A stretch of DNA of 64,000 bases from assembly GCA_002811645.1 (NCBI GenBank), contig PDIP01000108.1:31746-95745 (forward strand). Reading direction: 5' to 3'. How positions within the stretch are numbered: position 1 is the first letter of the stretch; each line of letters starts with the position of its first letter. This DNA comes from Corallochytrium limacisporum Hawaii (lineage: Eukaryota > Protista > Pluriformea). This document shows, in pieces, positions 35,579-47,440 of this stretch. The notes under the pieces were generated by a model, which saw only the letters and a list, made by a program, of their open reading frames with translations, did not search any database and had not been told where the DNA came from. The position numbers and the translations under genes were made by a program.

Positions 35579-35812
35579 GTTTGGTTGAATTTTGTAGATT
35601 GCCGAAAATCCTTGTGGCATGGCTGTGATAACAAATTGTACACAAAGTGGAAACATTAAAGAACAACAAAAGTACCTTAAACTTGCCTTGTCACGGGTCA
35701 TGAAATGGTATTGGCTAATGGTTTACGAGATCTCTTTCTAGTGTTGATGTTTGCACACTTTCTTGGTTCTTGATACGAGTGGCAGGTGTTAAACATGTGG
35801 ACACAAAGCCAG

Positions 35813-37255
35813 TTAAGCATTGTAGGTTGAAGAGGAGACGTTGCCACCGGTGCCAGTCCAGTTGGTGTGCACCCACTCGCCGGGCTTCTCCAGCAATTCG
35901 TAGGTGTGGGCACCGAAGTAATCGCGCTGGGCCTGCAAGAGGTTCGCGGGCAGGCGCTCAAGGCGGTATCCGTCGTAGAAAGACAGGGCGGTGCTGAAAC
36001 ACGGTACGGGTACACCAACCAGAGCGGCCTGGCTGACCACGGAGCGCCATCCGCTCATGGTCCGGTTGATTTCGCCCTTAAAGAAGTCGTCCAGCAGCAG
36101 GTTAAGCAGATTCGGGTTCTTGTCAAACGCCTGCTTGATGTTACCCAGGAAGCGGGAGCGGATGATGCAGCCGCCGCGCCACATCAGTGCAATGCTGCCA
36201 TAGTTCAGGTTCCAGTCATTTTCTTTGCTGGCCTGCTTCATGAGCATGTAACCCTGGCTGTAGGAAATGATCTTCGAGGCATAGAGGGCATCGTGGATCT
36301 GCTTGATAAACTCAATCTTCTCGACGGTAAGCTTCGTGTCAGGTCCACTCAGGTGTTTGCTGGCCTCAACACGCTCAGCCTTGATAGCGGACAGGGTGCG
36401 CGCAAAGACGGCCTCACCGATCAGGGTAACGGGCAGACCGTGCTCGAGGGCGTCGATGGCAGTCCACTTTCCGGTGCCTTTCTGACCCGCAGTATCCTTG
36501 ATCTTCTCCACCAGCGGCTTTCCGTCCTTGTCCTTGTAGGCCATGATGTTGGCTGTGATTTCAATCAAGAAAGAGTCCAGCACACCCGTATTCCACTCCT
36601 TAAAGACGGCGGCGGTCTCGTCCGCGTCCATACCCAGACAGTCCTTCATCAGCTGGTATGCCTCGCAGATCAGCTGCATGTCACCGTATTCGATACCGTT
36701 GTGCACCATCTTGACATAGTGTCCAGCACCACCGGCACCGACCCAGTCACAGCAAGGTTCACCATCGGCCTTGGCGCAGATGCTCTGGAAAATGTCCTTG
36801 ACGTGGGGCCAAGCCTCGATGGCACCACCAGGCATCATAGAGGGTCCGTAGCGGGCACCTTCCTCACCGCCGGAAACGCCGCAGCCGACGAAGAGCAGAC
36901 CCTTCTCCTTGAGGGCCTTGTACCGGCGCTCAGAGTCGGGGAAGTGGGAGTTACCACCGTCAATGATAATGTCGCCTGGTTCCAAGTGGGGCACGATCTG
37001 GTCAATGAACTTGTCAACAACGTCACCCGCCTTGACCATAAGCATGACCCGACGGGGCCTCTTCAGCTTGCTGACCATTTCCTCGACGGAGTGGGCACCG
37101 ATGACGTTCGAATCCTTCGCCTGGTCGTTCAGGAAATCATCTACTTTTGAGGTAGTGCGGTTGTATGCGCACACAGTGAAACCGTGGTCGTTCATGTTCA
37201 TGATCAGGTTCATGCCCATAACGGCAAGACCCACTACAGCGATGTCAGCACTCAT
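35813..37255 (-). CDS. PGD: 6-phosphogluconate dehydrogenase, decarboxylating
   Basis: GLAVMGMNL, IIDGGNS, VSGGEEGA, KMVHNGIEYGDMQ, GQKGTGKWT, WRGGCIIRS, QAQRDYFGAHTY; ATG at 37255. Confidence 0.97.
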   Translation of the reverse strand: MSADIAVVGLAVMGMNLIMNMNDHGFTVCAYNRTTSKVDDFLNDQAKDSNVIGAHSVEEMVSKLKRPRRVMLMVKAGDVVDKFIDQIVPHLEPGDIIIDGGNSHFPDSERRYKALKEKGLLFVGCGVSGGEEGARYGPSMMPGGAIEAWPHVKDIFQSICAKADGEPCCDWVGAGGAGHYVKMVHNGIEYGDMQLICEAYQLMKDCLGMDADETAAVFKEWNTGVLDSFLIEITANIMAYKDKDGKPLVEKIKDTAGQKGTGKWTAIDALEHGLPVTLIGEAVFARTLSAIKAERVEASKHLSGPDTKLTVEKIEFIKQIHDALYASKIISYSQGYMLMKQASKENDWNLNYGSIALMWRGGCIIRSRFLGNIKQAFDKNPNLLNLLLDDFFKGEINRTMSGWRSVVSQAALVGVPVPCFSTALSFYDGYRLERLPANLLQAQRDYFGAHTYELLEKPGEWVHTNWTGTGGNVSSSTYNA

Positions 37256-39532
37256 GGTGTATTGCGTTGGATATTTTCTGTTGTCAGTCACTGGGATGAG
37301 TACTAGTCAGCACAACAATGGCTATACGCAACATGGCAGAAACCGTGGACCTGTGCTGTACTCGCTGATCTGTTTATAGCTGTCGCAGCACACAGCTCTC
37401 ACTCCTTTGCAAACGTTAGACACCCCAGCAGCTTCGTGGTCCCCTGTCGATCCACTTTGATGACCAAACACTATCTCGCCCTCACCCGCTGCTAAGAGCC
37501 GGTCTTTTGGTATGTTATGCAAACTGGTAGACGAGGGGTCGCACCAGCTCTGACAGTTCACGGAGTCAGATGGGGACACCTGCTCGGTGTGATGAGATCC
37601 AGAAAAGAAAACTGCATAGCCAGTGGTGTGCCTCACCAACATCCCACCTAATTTGTTTTTGAATTCCTGTACGCAATTCGTGCCAAAAGATTTATCTGGC
37701 TCGCGTTGCAACTGACCAGAGAGAGAACAACAAATGCACAAGGCCACCAGCACCAACATATGCGCACACCCACCCACACACAGTCCATTTCAAGGTCCAA
37801 ATTCGAAAAACCAGAGTCGTTGTCGACAACCTACCACCCACAAACACTGGGGGCCGTGAGAGCTCCACGAGCCCTCTGACAACAAACGGTACGCTATTAC
37901 TTCCTGGTATAGGCCCGCTGTGTAGGCTATGACATGGTTCACAACCGTCCAATGGCGAGTGATGCGATCATCACCAACCCACCCCACTTCTTCATGCATG
38001 TGCGCAATATACACTACCATCATCCAATATACAGCAAACACCGCTTTGTCTACATATCGTACTTTCGCACCGGTACTGTTGTAACTATTACGGCTTGGCG
38101 TTTGAACCAGGCCGCCCCTCCTCCCTCCACCCAAGGCCCCAACAACACAGGCGCAGGCCAACTCGAATCTTGCACCGGGCTTACGGGTACAGAATGTACC
38201 GGCTTCGAACCAATAACAAAGTAAACGGCTGCTATCCAGGTCGTTAGGGTGCAGGGCCGGAAAAGCATAAGGAGCCTACGGGGGACTGGGGGAGCAAAAC
38301 GAAAAAATGAATACAAAATGTACTAGATAACGTCATCAGTTCAGCTCATCGCCCTCCCCGCTCCCGCTGTTCGGACCCACACTGGCCGCACACAAGGCAA
38401 AACTAGCGTGGCCCATACCTGATAACCTAACACCCATGTTGTAATTTTAATTCAAATTAAATATTCCTTGCCCCAGAAGCCTCCCCCCAGTCTCGATGGA
38501 GCTGGGGGCCGATTTAATCATGAATTTAAATATTGGGCCCCCGTTTTCGCACATGCGGTCGGGTTCCTTTGCGCCTCTCTCCCGGTACGGCCTCCCCACC
38601 AACCGGTGCAACTATTCTTGGGTTGGTCACCTGATGAACTGTGCCACCACCCTAAAATATGGGTGGAAGGGTAGGATAGTACAAACATCGAAATCTTGTA
38701 AAATGGATTCTGCAGTCCATTGAGTATGAAAGCGGTGACACAATTCCGTTCTACGACGAGGCGAAGAAAGAAAGCCGTTCCAGCAATAGATCTTCTTCTT
38801 CTGCTTTCGTCTCTGTTTCTGAACATGTCCGGCGTGAAGCACTCACGTAGTAGAATGGCCCTTAACCGGAATGCGGAGAAAGATGACTGGAAAGCGCGAC
38901 AGGCAAGGCAGCGGAAGGGGTAGACAGAGATGGAGATGGGCCCATTTCTTGTGACTGCTGTCGGATTCACGGGCCCAGCTCTATAGTTTCACTATAAGAA
39001 GCATGTCAGTTCTGCGCAATTCCGGAGTGTGGTACTCAGAAAAAACCTTGCCAACTGATGCAACGACATCCATTCCCTCGATCTCGACAGGGTTATCACC
39101 AACTCGACTCTCCACACGCTTCAGCAACTCGACGCCGTCGGCATCCATGCCCATCAACATACAACAGCGACAACAAAATATTGAGAAAGCATGACGATGG
39201 CGGGGGAGATCCGACGGGCTGCATGTGCCGCAACATTCAACCCTCTCATCCTCTACGGACATATCCACCACTGGTGATCATGCTCCTCCCCCTCGCGACC
39301 CCTTTCGGCCGCCCCGCCTCCTCCCGTACGTCAGCGGTACTCCCACTACTCAAATCCTTGCCACTCCTTCATACCTCCATCTCTCTGCCTTGTGTTTTCT
39401 CTTAGCTTGAACCAACCAACGGGGCCCTTTTGGTTTCCCTTCGGTCTTCTTCGGGCTCACTAATGAATATGAATTGGAGCTGAGCCAGTATCCGGCTCGG
39501 TACCTATTAAGCAGCCAGGCCCCCTCCCCCCT

Positions 39533-39592
39533 TCTCTCTCTCTCTCTCTCTCTCGCGCTCTCTCTCTCTCTCTGTCTCTCTCGCTCTCTCTC
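39533..39592. repeat. Interrupted (CT)n microsatellite
   Basis: Direct reading; similar tracts near 40436-40470 and 41926-41944. Confidence 0.9.
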
Positions 39593-42500
39593 TGCACTCC
39601 GTCTCTCGTTTTGGGAAAAACTGGCGAACGATAAGTGATCGGTCCAGGTAGGCTACTAGCCACCTTTGGTTCGGGAATAAAAGAGAGTGAGAACATAACC
39701 ATGATCCTTGTCGATGATAATAATACACTTTGTCTTACGAGATGGATAGCCCCCCCCCCTTTCCCGTGCGGGAGGCTCACCACCGCCGCATCATCGAGGG
39801 GTGGTGGCCCGCTCCCGTCCGTTTCCCGTCGTCCCGGCCCGCAAGGACTGGGTATGCATTTATACATAGATGGTCGCTCCGTATCCAACTGTGGTAGATA
39901 CCACTACAGAATCAGCAGACCCAACGAATGATCCAAAATGAGTACGGAGCGGCATCCCCAAAACAAGGAAATGATCAAATTGCGGGGACCTTACCTTACG
40001 GAAGATTAAACCTCAGATTAAGAAACGGAACGGACTAATTATTGCTATAGTGCCACCTTCTTCCATCGTGTCAGTTTGAATTTTCGTCTTTGCTATTGGG
40101 CCCAATGCGGGGGCCTGAGGTACATGTGCTCCCCGTGGGCCCCCAAACTGAACGAAGAGACAGAGTGTGAGAGAGAGAGACAGAGATTTAAACCTGAAAA
40201 TCAGGGATACGACGTGTACGTACAATTCGTGCATTTCTTTAACTGCAAGAAAAGGAGAAGAGCGTACGTGGCGCCAGAAAATAGCAACCAACACTGGCTA
40301 CGTACGACCTCCCGCACAGGGCGTTTTGCTGGAAAATCGCAGCAGGAAAGCGACAGGAGAAAAGGCCCAGCGTGCACCACAACACCCAAGCAGTGTTCCC
40401 CCCGTGCGGGGAGGCCGGCCCACTTTCGGTTCCCTGTCTCTCTGTCTCTCTCTCTCTCTCGCTCTCTCTCCTCTCCCCCAAACCCTTCCCTACCGCAAGC
40501 AACCCGGTAATCAGCCAGAAGCGGAGAGATTGGACAATAAAATTGAAAAATCGGGAAACAAAAAGAGAGAAGAATTGTGGGGGTTAGAGGGCAGACTCAA
40601 GTGTTTTCTGGGGTGAGACAAGGAGCGAGAAAAAAAGAAACCAAAGAAAAAAAAGCAGGTAACAACGAAGAAATAGAGAGAGACACACAGGGAGCGAGAG
40701 AGCTCTAACCGCACCGCATCCTCAGAGGACCTTTGACAGTGAGACGGCAGGTGCACGGGAAGGGACGCGGGCCGGGAAAAGGGTTAGACTCCCGGACACA
40801 GGGTGAAGGAATGTTCCCGTCGTTTCGTTTGTCCCATGCATGCTCCGCTGGCCATACTGAATATGCTGAACCACGGACGCTCTACAGTACTGGTTGAGTC
40901 ATTTCGTTCCACAGAGCAATATTTTGTACAATGCTGGGGTCCGCAGGACTTGACCGGACAGGTAAAGGAAGGGTGGGAGAAACGTTGCAAAAGGGTCAGT
41001 ATATTATCCATAGACAGCGATATTTTGATTGACGCTGTCCTTCTTTTCTTTTCCCCCTCCCCCTTCCGGGGAGAGTGGGGGAGGGGGGAGGAAGGTGAAA
41101 TATGCACGCTCGGGTATAATATCAGTGGTCCTTGGCCCTGACAAATGATCTTTTGCACTCCATCTCACGCACGCCGTGAACCAGTTAGTGGCTACGTGTG
41201 TCCGTGTTTGCGAGTTGAGCGTGAGTGTGATGCGGTCTTTGTCTGTGTTTCCGTGTGTGTGTGGGGGGGGGAGCTCTAGATTTTACCTTGGGCCCTGTGG
41301 GGCCCTGCGTGTGTGCACAAAAATAGCTGCGTGCTGTATATCACTCCGTTATTTTCCCGTTTGGCTTTTCTCGATGATATTCTTCCCGTCCGCGGCACTA
41401 CCGACACACCCAGCCATCCCTCTCTTTCCAATTTCACTCGGCGGTGGACTCGGTACTCATCGACCGTTAATGTTTTGGCAACCAGGGCTGGGGCCCAACC
41501 TGCACGTTCACCCAAGTCGTCGGTTTCGTTGCGTGGGGGAGGGGGAGGGGAGGGCTTGGGTTGTGTAATTTTGTCAACCCTGCCTCGTCCTCACCCTGCC
41601 TCCCTCCTCCCCCGGGGGCCCTACTCCGCTGAACGACACGGTAGGGGCAGTGTGACTTGTGTGAGCTGACGGTGTGCGTGTCCATTTTGTCCAAGTTCGG
41701 AGGGGGCCTTTATGATTTGCTGCTGCTGCTGGCCTCGGCTCTTTCCCCCTCGCCCTTTTAATTTTGGTTCTCTTGCCGTCCTTTTTCTCTCTTCTTTCCT
41801 TTGTTCTCTTTTCTAAAATTCAGATTTGGGGCCGTTGGCGGGGTATGGGCCCGGGGCCCTGCACGCCGGACCACCTTGGTCTCTTGGCTTCCCCCCCCTA
41901 CCTCCCTGGCTCCGCTGGACATTTTTCTCTCTCTCTCTCTCTCTTTCTTTGCCTCTCTGTCTCCCTTTCTTTCGCCCTCCTTTCTCATCTGTTTCCTTGC
42001 TTTTCTAATTTGCCTTCCATTTCGTTCCTATTCTTTGTCTCCTGAGAACGATTCGACGGTAGATTGAGTATGCCATCTGTGCCGGCAGCTGGCGCAGACC
42101 GGGGAGCCTAGGAGAGTCTGCTACCCACTTGTGGGCCAGGGTGTGTAATTGCGGACGCGGGACTTCCGCGACGAGATCGACGTGTGATCGCGCTCGTGGT
42201 ACGCGATTGTTTTCAAGACTTTGCTCCCATCCAAACGACTGTCGAGCAAATTTAGGATGATAATTAGGACTTTGTATCCCTTCAAGACGGAATGATTTAA
42301 TAGTGTACGGAGAAACAATATTTGTCGAGGGTCCTTGTCCTATTTCATTGTGACCATCCTGGATAAAGCTGAGGGCTGACAATCATTGAGATCAGAAACC
42401 GTCGTCATGATGAGAACAGCGAACGAAAGTGACTGACATTCAGACCATAGAGAAAGACCATTTCAAACGTAAATGTCAATGGGACTTTATGCACGGTTAG

Positions 42501-42598
42501 AATATGTGAGTGCAGCGACTAACAGAATGAACACAGAAAAGTGACGTCTGAGGATATTTGGTACACCGATTAGAGTGGCCGCACACAGACCAACCATA

Positions 42599-44941
42599 AT
42601 GAGTGTTCCTGTAGAGAATGGGACCAACTCCGAGAGCAGTTGTGAGAAGGCACCATCTCTGATCACAGAAGCAGTAGTCATTGGCAATGGTCCTTCGGGA
42701 CTGGCCTCGAGTTTCCTGCTGTCGGGCTACGAACCCCTTCTACTCAAGCGGACATGTCCAAAGACGACAGCTTCAGAAAAGTCTGTCCATTGCACAGACG
42801 ACTGTAAGGCGGCGGAGGGAAACAATTCACTAGATTGTCCACAGAAATACCATCCGGACGACGTGCTTAGTCCACGCATACAGAAACTTGCGGAAGGATC
42901 AACAGAAAGCGTGAGTCTTTTCGAACAGACAGAAACCCTGAGGGAACTAGCAGATGGACTGAGCGGAAGGTCACAACACCCACTTTCCCTGCTCTTTGAT
43001 GCTCTACAGAGGCCTACTGATGAATACGGTGAGGAAGGACCAAGTGTGGTCCGCTGGTCACACAACGCGAAGCGTAGCGTCAGCCACCTGGTCATCGGCA
43101 GTGGACCGCTGGGCGGTGCCTGGAACAACATGAACGGCAATCTGGACACTTTGAGCTACGGTAATTGGATGGAACTGCCAGGCTACAGCATGGCACAGTG
43201 GAGTCGAGATGAATTGAAAGATGACCAAGATTTTCATCCACAGCGGAGGGTGAGCAGAGCAACGGTACTGCACTACTATCAGGCCTACGCCAAACACATG
43301 GGTTTATTGGACAATATGTTAGAGAATATGACGGTTGAAAAACTGGAAATCATGCACCCCAAGGATAGTTCTGAGACGAGCAAGACGCACGATTCGGGCT
43401 TTGAGAATGACTCTGACGCCGAGAGCGTGAGCTCTGCGACATACTCCAGCAGCGATCCAGAAAGCTTTGGCTCCTTCGATGAGGCATCCCTCCGGAGCAG
43501 CGTAGGTAGTACAGACATGGCAAAGAGCAAGGCAAGTAAGCGCAGCAAGCGCTGGAAGATTACGACGCGGAGCCATGTGGGTGACAAAGACTGTACCATG
43601 CACATTTACGCAGATGAAATAATCTTGGCGACGGGCACCACTGAGGTGCCGCGCTGGCTGGGATGCAAGGGTGAGGACTTGAGCCATGTGACGCACTCGC
43701 TGAAGAAATGGGAGAATTTAGTAGACGAAGAGTACGAGGCCAGCTGCACGCAGGCCACAGACGAACCAGGACAGCTTCAGCATAAGCCGGTGCTCGTAGT
43801 GGGCAGCGGTCTCAGTGCCCTAGATGCTGTAGTGTGCGCGCTAGAGAAGGGGTTACGTGTCATGCACATTTTCAATGACGCCCCTTGTAGTCGTGACTTC
43901 GTGGTACGCAAACTGCCGGCCAGCGAGTACCCCAAGTACACGGGCCTCTACGAGCTCATGAGGGCGTCCTGCAAGAAATGTAAGGTCGACCCAGCGAAGA
44001 AACGCGCCAACGCCCGCAAGATCATTCCGGAGGAATGGATCGAGCTCTACGACCCGCGCCACGGCTGGCGATTTGCAAAGATGAGTGATGATGGCGTCGC
44101 GACGCTTTGTTCAAACTGCTGCTGCTACGAAGTGCCCGTGGCTGCGGCTGGTGTCTTTATCGGCTCGCTACCGAACCTGAGCTTCCTGCCGCAACAAATA
44201 CTGGAAGCCGGCCTCGCCCATTCCAGTGAGGAACCCTTGCATCCGAAGCGCAATCCGCTGAAGGTCAACGACCCATTCATTGGAGAGGTGGCCGTGGCAC
44301 CGGGCCAGGGACTTTACGCCGTGGGACCCCTGGTTGGTGAGAACTTTGTCCGTTTTGGCATCGGCACCTGCGTGGGCCCAGTCCTTGACATTTTCAGTCA
44401 TTCATTTCAGCGTCAACGGCAGAGGCTGGCCGTCACGATATCCGCGCGCCACAGTGTCACGTCCGATCATCACCATGAGCGGACGTCACACGTTGATGAC
44501 ACGGGTGAACTGACACCAGTGATCAGCCCACAACTGGCGGCGACAACTCCCCCCGAAGAGGATGCAATCGCCAAGGACCTGTCAGGAAAGGTCGACATTG
44601 GCAGAGAGGCCGTTGCAAAGGCCACTGCCATCATCACTAAGCCGCTGCCAAACGACAGTTCTACTGTGACCGTGGTGGAGAAGAATGGCAAGCGCTCCTC
44701 TTCGCGCAGTCGAACCAAGAAACAGACCCGCCGCAGGTCGTACGTTATTCAGCAGCATCGTCGCAACAAACTTATTGCCCAGCAGCGGTTAAGCACGCGT
44801 CTACCCGAAGGCGCGTACAGTTCGATGCGAGACGTTTCTGATATCGTGTCATCGTCGGATGCGCAGGCACTGGAGGCTGAGCACGGTGATGAAAGAGAGC
44901 ACCTCGGACCAAGGCAGAGGTACGCCACTGTTAACTTCTAA
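42599..44941 (+). CDS. OSGIN1/2-like FAD-dependent oxidoreductase
   Basis: VVIGNGPSGL.SFLLSG, GRSQHPLSLLFDAL.RP, GGAW, TLSYGNWMELPG, VLVVGSGLSALDA, GLYAVGPLVGENFVRF. Confidence 0.88.
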   Translation: MSVPVENGTNSESSCEKAPSLITEAVVIGNGPSGLASSFLLSGYEPLLLKRTCPKTTASEKSVHCTDDCKAAEGNNSLDCPQKYHPDDVLSPRIQKLAEGSTESVSLFEQTETLRELADGLSGRSQHPLSLLFDALQRPTDEYGEEGPSVVRWSHNAKRSVSHLVIGSGPLGGAWNNMNGNLDTLSYGNWMELPGYSMAQWSRDELKDDQDFHPQRRVSRATVLHYYQAYAKHMGLLDNMLENMTVEKLEIMHPKDSSETSKTHDSGFENDSDAESVSSATYSSSDPESFGSFDEASLRSSVGSTDMAKSKASKRSKRWKITTRSHVGDKDCTMHIYADEIILATGTTEVPRWLGCKGEDLSHVTHSLKKWENLVDEEYEASCTQATDEPGQLQHKPVLVVGSGLSALDAVVCALEKGLRVMHIFNDAPCSRDFVVRKLPASEYPKYTGLYELMRASCKKCKVDPAKKRANARKIIPEEWIELYDPRHGWRFAKMSDDGVATLCSNCCCYEVPVAAAGVFIGSLPNLSFLPQQILEAGLAHSSEEPLHPKRNPLKVNDPFIGEVAVAPGQGLYAVGPLVGENFVRFGIGTCVGPVLDIFSHSFQRQRQRLAVTISARHSVTSDHHHERTSHVDDTGELTPVISPQLAATTPPEEDAIAKDLSGKVDIGREAVAKATAIITKPLPNDSSTVTVVEKNGKRSSSRSRTKKQTRRRSYVIQQHRRNKLIAQQRLSTRLPEGAYSSMRDVSDIVSSSDAQALEAEHGDEREHLGPRQRYATVNF

Positions 44942-45070
44942 GGAAGTATCGTCAAGAGTGCACGTCACAAACATTCACATAGTAAGACATAAACCATATC
45001 ATAGTGTACGTTTTGATTATATATTGTAAGTTGTTGTTTGCAGCGGTGGAAGCTGAATTCAATGGATTCG

Positions 45071-45979
45071 TCATTGTTTGGCACCCTGTCCTAGTTCAGC
45101 TGTCTCCGCCTCTGCTTCGGACTCCTGCACACGCTCCTGTGCCTTGGCCTCCTCTACTCGGCCTTCGGCCTCTAATTGCGCAATCCGTTCCAGGGATGTG
45201 CGTGACTTTTCCATGTCATGCTCTTTAATGGCATGAATAAAGTCGTTCTTCTGGTCGTCGGTCATGCGGCTGTACCCCTTGGGTACAGTGGTGAGCAGGT
45301 CTTTGACCATCCCCTCTTTGATGCGCTCTAGTTCCCATTCGTTGCGACGCGGGCGGCGCCAGTAGCGCTTCATGGATGCATCCTTGCGCTTTTCTGCATC
45401 ATACTCCTGACCTTGAGGCTGCTCCTGCAGAGCTGGGTAGTCCACTACAGCGGGTAGGATATCCCGGTACTGCTCTTTGTCTTCGCGGTGTCGAATCGTG
45501 CGATCAAAGATTTCGTCCTCTTCCACAGACACAGGGAAGAGATGGTAGGGGTAATAGAACCGCTGGGGATGTGGCAATGTAACAATGGCATATTTTGAGT
45601 CTGTACCACGGACGTACCCGATTGGTCCCTTGGCTCCCATGTCCCTACCAAAACGGAACTTCTTCTTATGTTTTCCGGCCTTGATATATGTGTTCACGTT
45701 CTCGACGTCGACATTGTACAGGACCTTCAAGTACTGACGAATGTCCAGTTTGTTCATGGTCATAGAAACTTTGAACATAACCTCTCGAGTACCCAATGCC
45801 AGCTTGCGGTCAGGCCTACAGATAGCCATCCAGTAGCTCGGGAAAAACTGCAGATTTTGTCCAAAGGACTTGTTGCCAATGCGGATGGCGTTGCCCAGTG
45901 CCCTACCCATCGTCCGTCCCAGATGTCCATGGAGACGGGTCGGATCTGCAATTGTCTTCCAGACGTTTGGTCCCGACAT
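45071..45979 (-). CDS. MRPL23: Mitochondrial ribosomal protein uL23m
   Basis: FKVSMTMNKLDIRQYLKVLYNVDVENVNT...KYAIVTL L23 core with N- and C-terminal extensions. Confidence 0.8.
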   Translation of the reverse strand: MSGPNVWKTIADPTRLHGHLGRTMGRALGNAIRIGNKSFGQNLQFFPSYWMAICRPDRKLALGTREVMFKVSMTMNKLDIRQYLKVLYNVDVENVNTYIKAGKHKKKFRFGRDMGAKGPIGYVRGTDSKYAIVTLPHPQRFYYPYHLFPVSVEEDEIFDRTIRHREDKEQYRDILPAVVDYPALQEQPQGQEYDAEKRKDASMKRYWRRPRRNEWELERIKEGMVKDLLTTVPKGYSRMTDDQKNDFIHAIKEHDMEKSRTSLERIAQLEAEGRVEEAKAQERVQESEAEAETAELGQGAKQ

Positions 45980-47440
45980 TGTCGTTTGTTTGTGTATATG
46001 CAGCTATTGTGGTTAACTTTATACTTCCTATACTATTCACAGGTTCTGGTTGTTCACCCGCACCACATGATCTCTCACTGTCATAATGTTTATTCGCCGG
46101 TGTAACTGTGAAGAAACTTGGTTCCGCTTCGTATCCCTGACGTTATACCCCAGAAATACCCCCGGCGAGCACAACTCAAGTGAGCAAGAGGAAGAGAGCT
46201 CCACGAGTCCCACTGTCGCAGCTTGGGTTCTTTGTTGGGACCAACCGGTACCATCGCACACAGGGCCTGGGATCCATTGACACATGGGGGGGAGAAGAGC
46301 TCGTTAGGGGCTCCCATTTGTGTGACAGACAGTTCGAGTCGAAATTTAATATACTGAATATCTGTAATTCAAGCATTTGTTTCGTTATGTCAGGATAATT
46401 TTAGCCAATAATTAAATATACCTACTCCGTAAATTTTGTAGTTTCAAAGCATAGAAATTTTCATATATTCATTACCAACTCCTCGGCATCAAGCTTGGCC
46501 GTCACACATTAAATAGACTCCCGTGTGAGTATAGGGGGGTGGTTGGTATTTTGCTTTGGGACCCCCGCCCCAGGGGGGGGGGAACGTTCGGACCCGTGCC
46601 GCCCATCGATCCAAGTGCCTATCGTCCCCCCCCCTTTTTCACTCTCTCTCTCTCTCTCCCCCCGGGGCGGTACCTCTCCTACTCTCTCCTCCCCCTTTCT
46701 TTACCCCCAAAATTGAACTGGCATACATTTTTTTTTGGCGGCAACGACCGAAGCAATGCAACACACGAACCCGGCCCCCGGTGAGGCAGGGGAACGTTGA
46801 GAGAACCCAGTCATCTCTTTCCTTTTTATTTTCTTTCCTCTTTTTACTTTGCCTTTCCTGTTCCTGTTTGCGTGTGCCAAGTGACACTCTTGGTCTGGGT
46901 CTTTATGTACTGAGCTTATGACGAAGTCAGTCCCTCCCTGGTGGTGTATTGGCCGCCAGGTGTCTTTTTTCGGCTCCGTACTACACGGGTATGGAATGAT
47001 GCCCCCCCGGCCGGGGGGGGGTTTCAACGGGCCTGCAGGACTGGAGCCGCAGGCGTGGCGGTGTGGGATCAATGGCAGTAAAGTGGTCCGAATGCCGCAT
47101 AGATGGTACACCTTTTCTTACTTTTCTTAGCCGTCTTGGTCTCTTTTTGACTTGATGTCGGCCCAAGCAGAAACCTCCGATTGATTACCCACTGTGGATC
47201 GAGCTGATCATTGTGGCAAGTCCATCTGTGTTGTTTGTGAGGGATAGATAGGGCTATTTACGAACAGCAGCACTTTAAGCCTGGTGATCACACACAAATG
47301 TGAAGTTCACCATCAAGAAATCTCGAGAAACGACTCCATAATTACTCTAAGGCATAAGTGGAAGCATGCACTTGTAAATATAGTGTAACGAGTACATGCG
47401 CAAGAACTAAATCTTCCAACCGACAGAAACACAGTGCACT

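Noticed and set aside
35790-35815. Stop-codon readthrough to a cryptic PTS1 in PGD
   Set aside because: Stop is TAA, and the extension LALCPHV does not end in a PTS1; no gene here has TGA-CTA context
35867-37150. 427-aa + strand ORF
   Set aside because: Antisense shadow of the highly codon-biased PGD gene; no recognisable motifs
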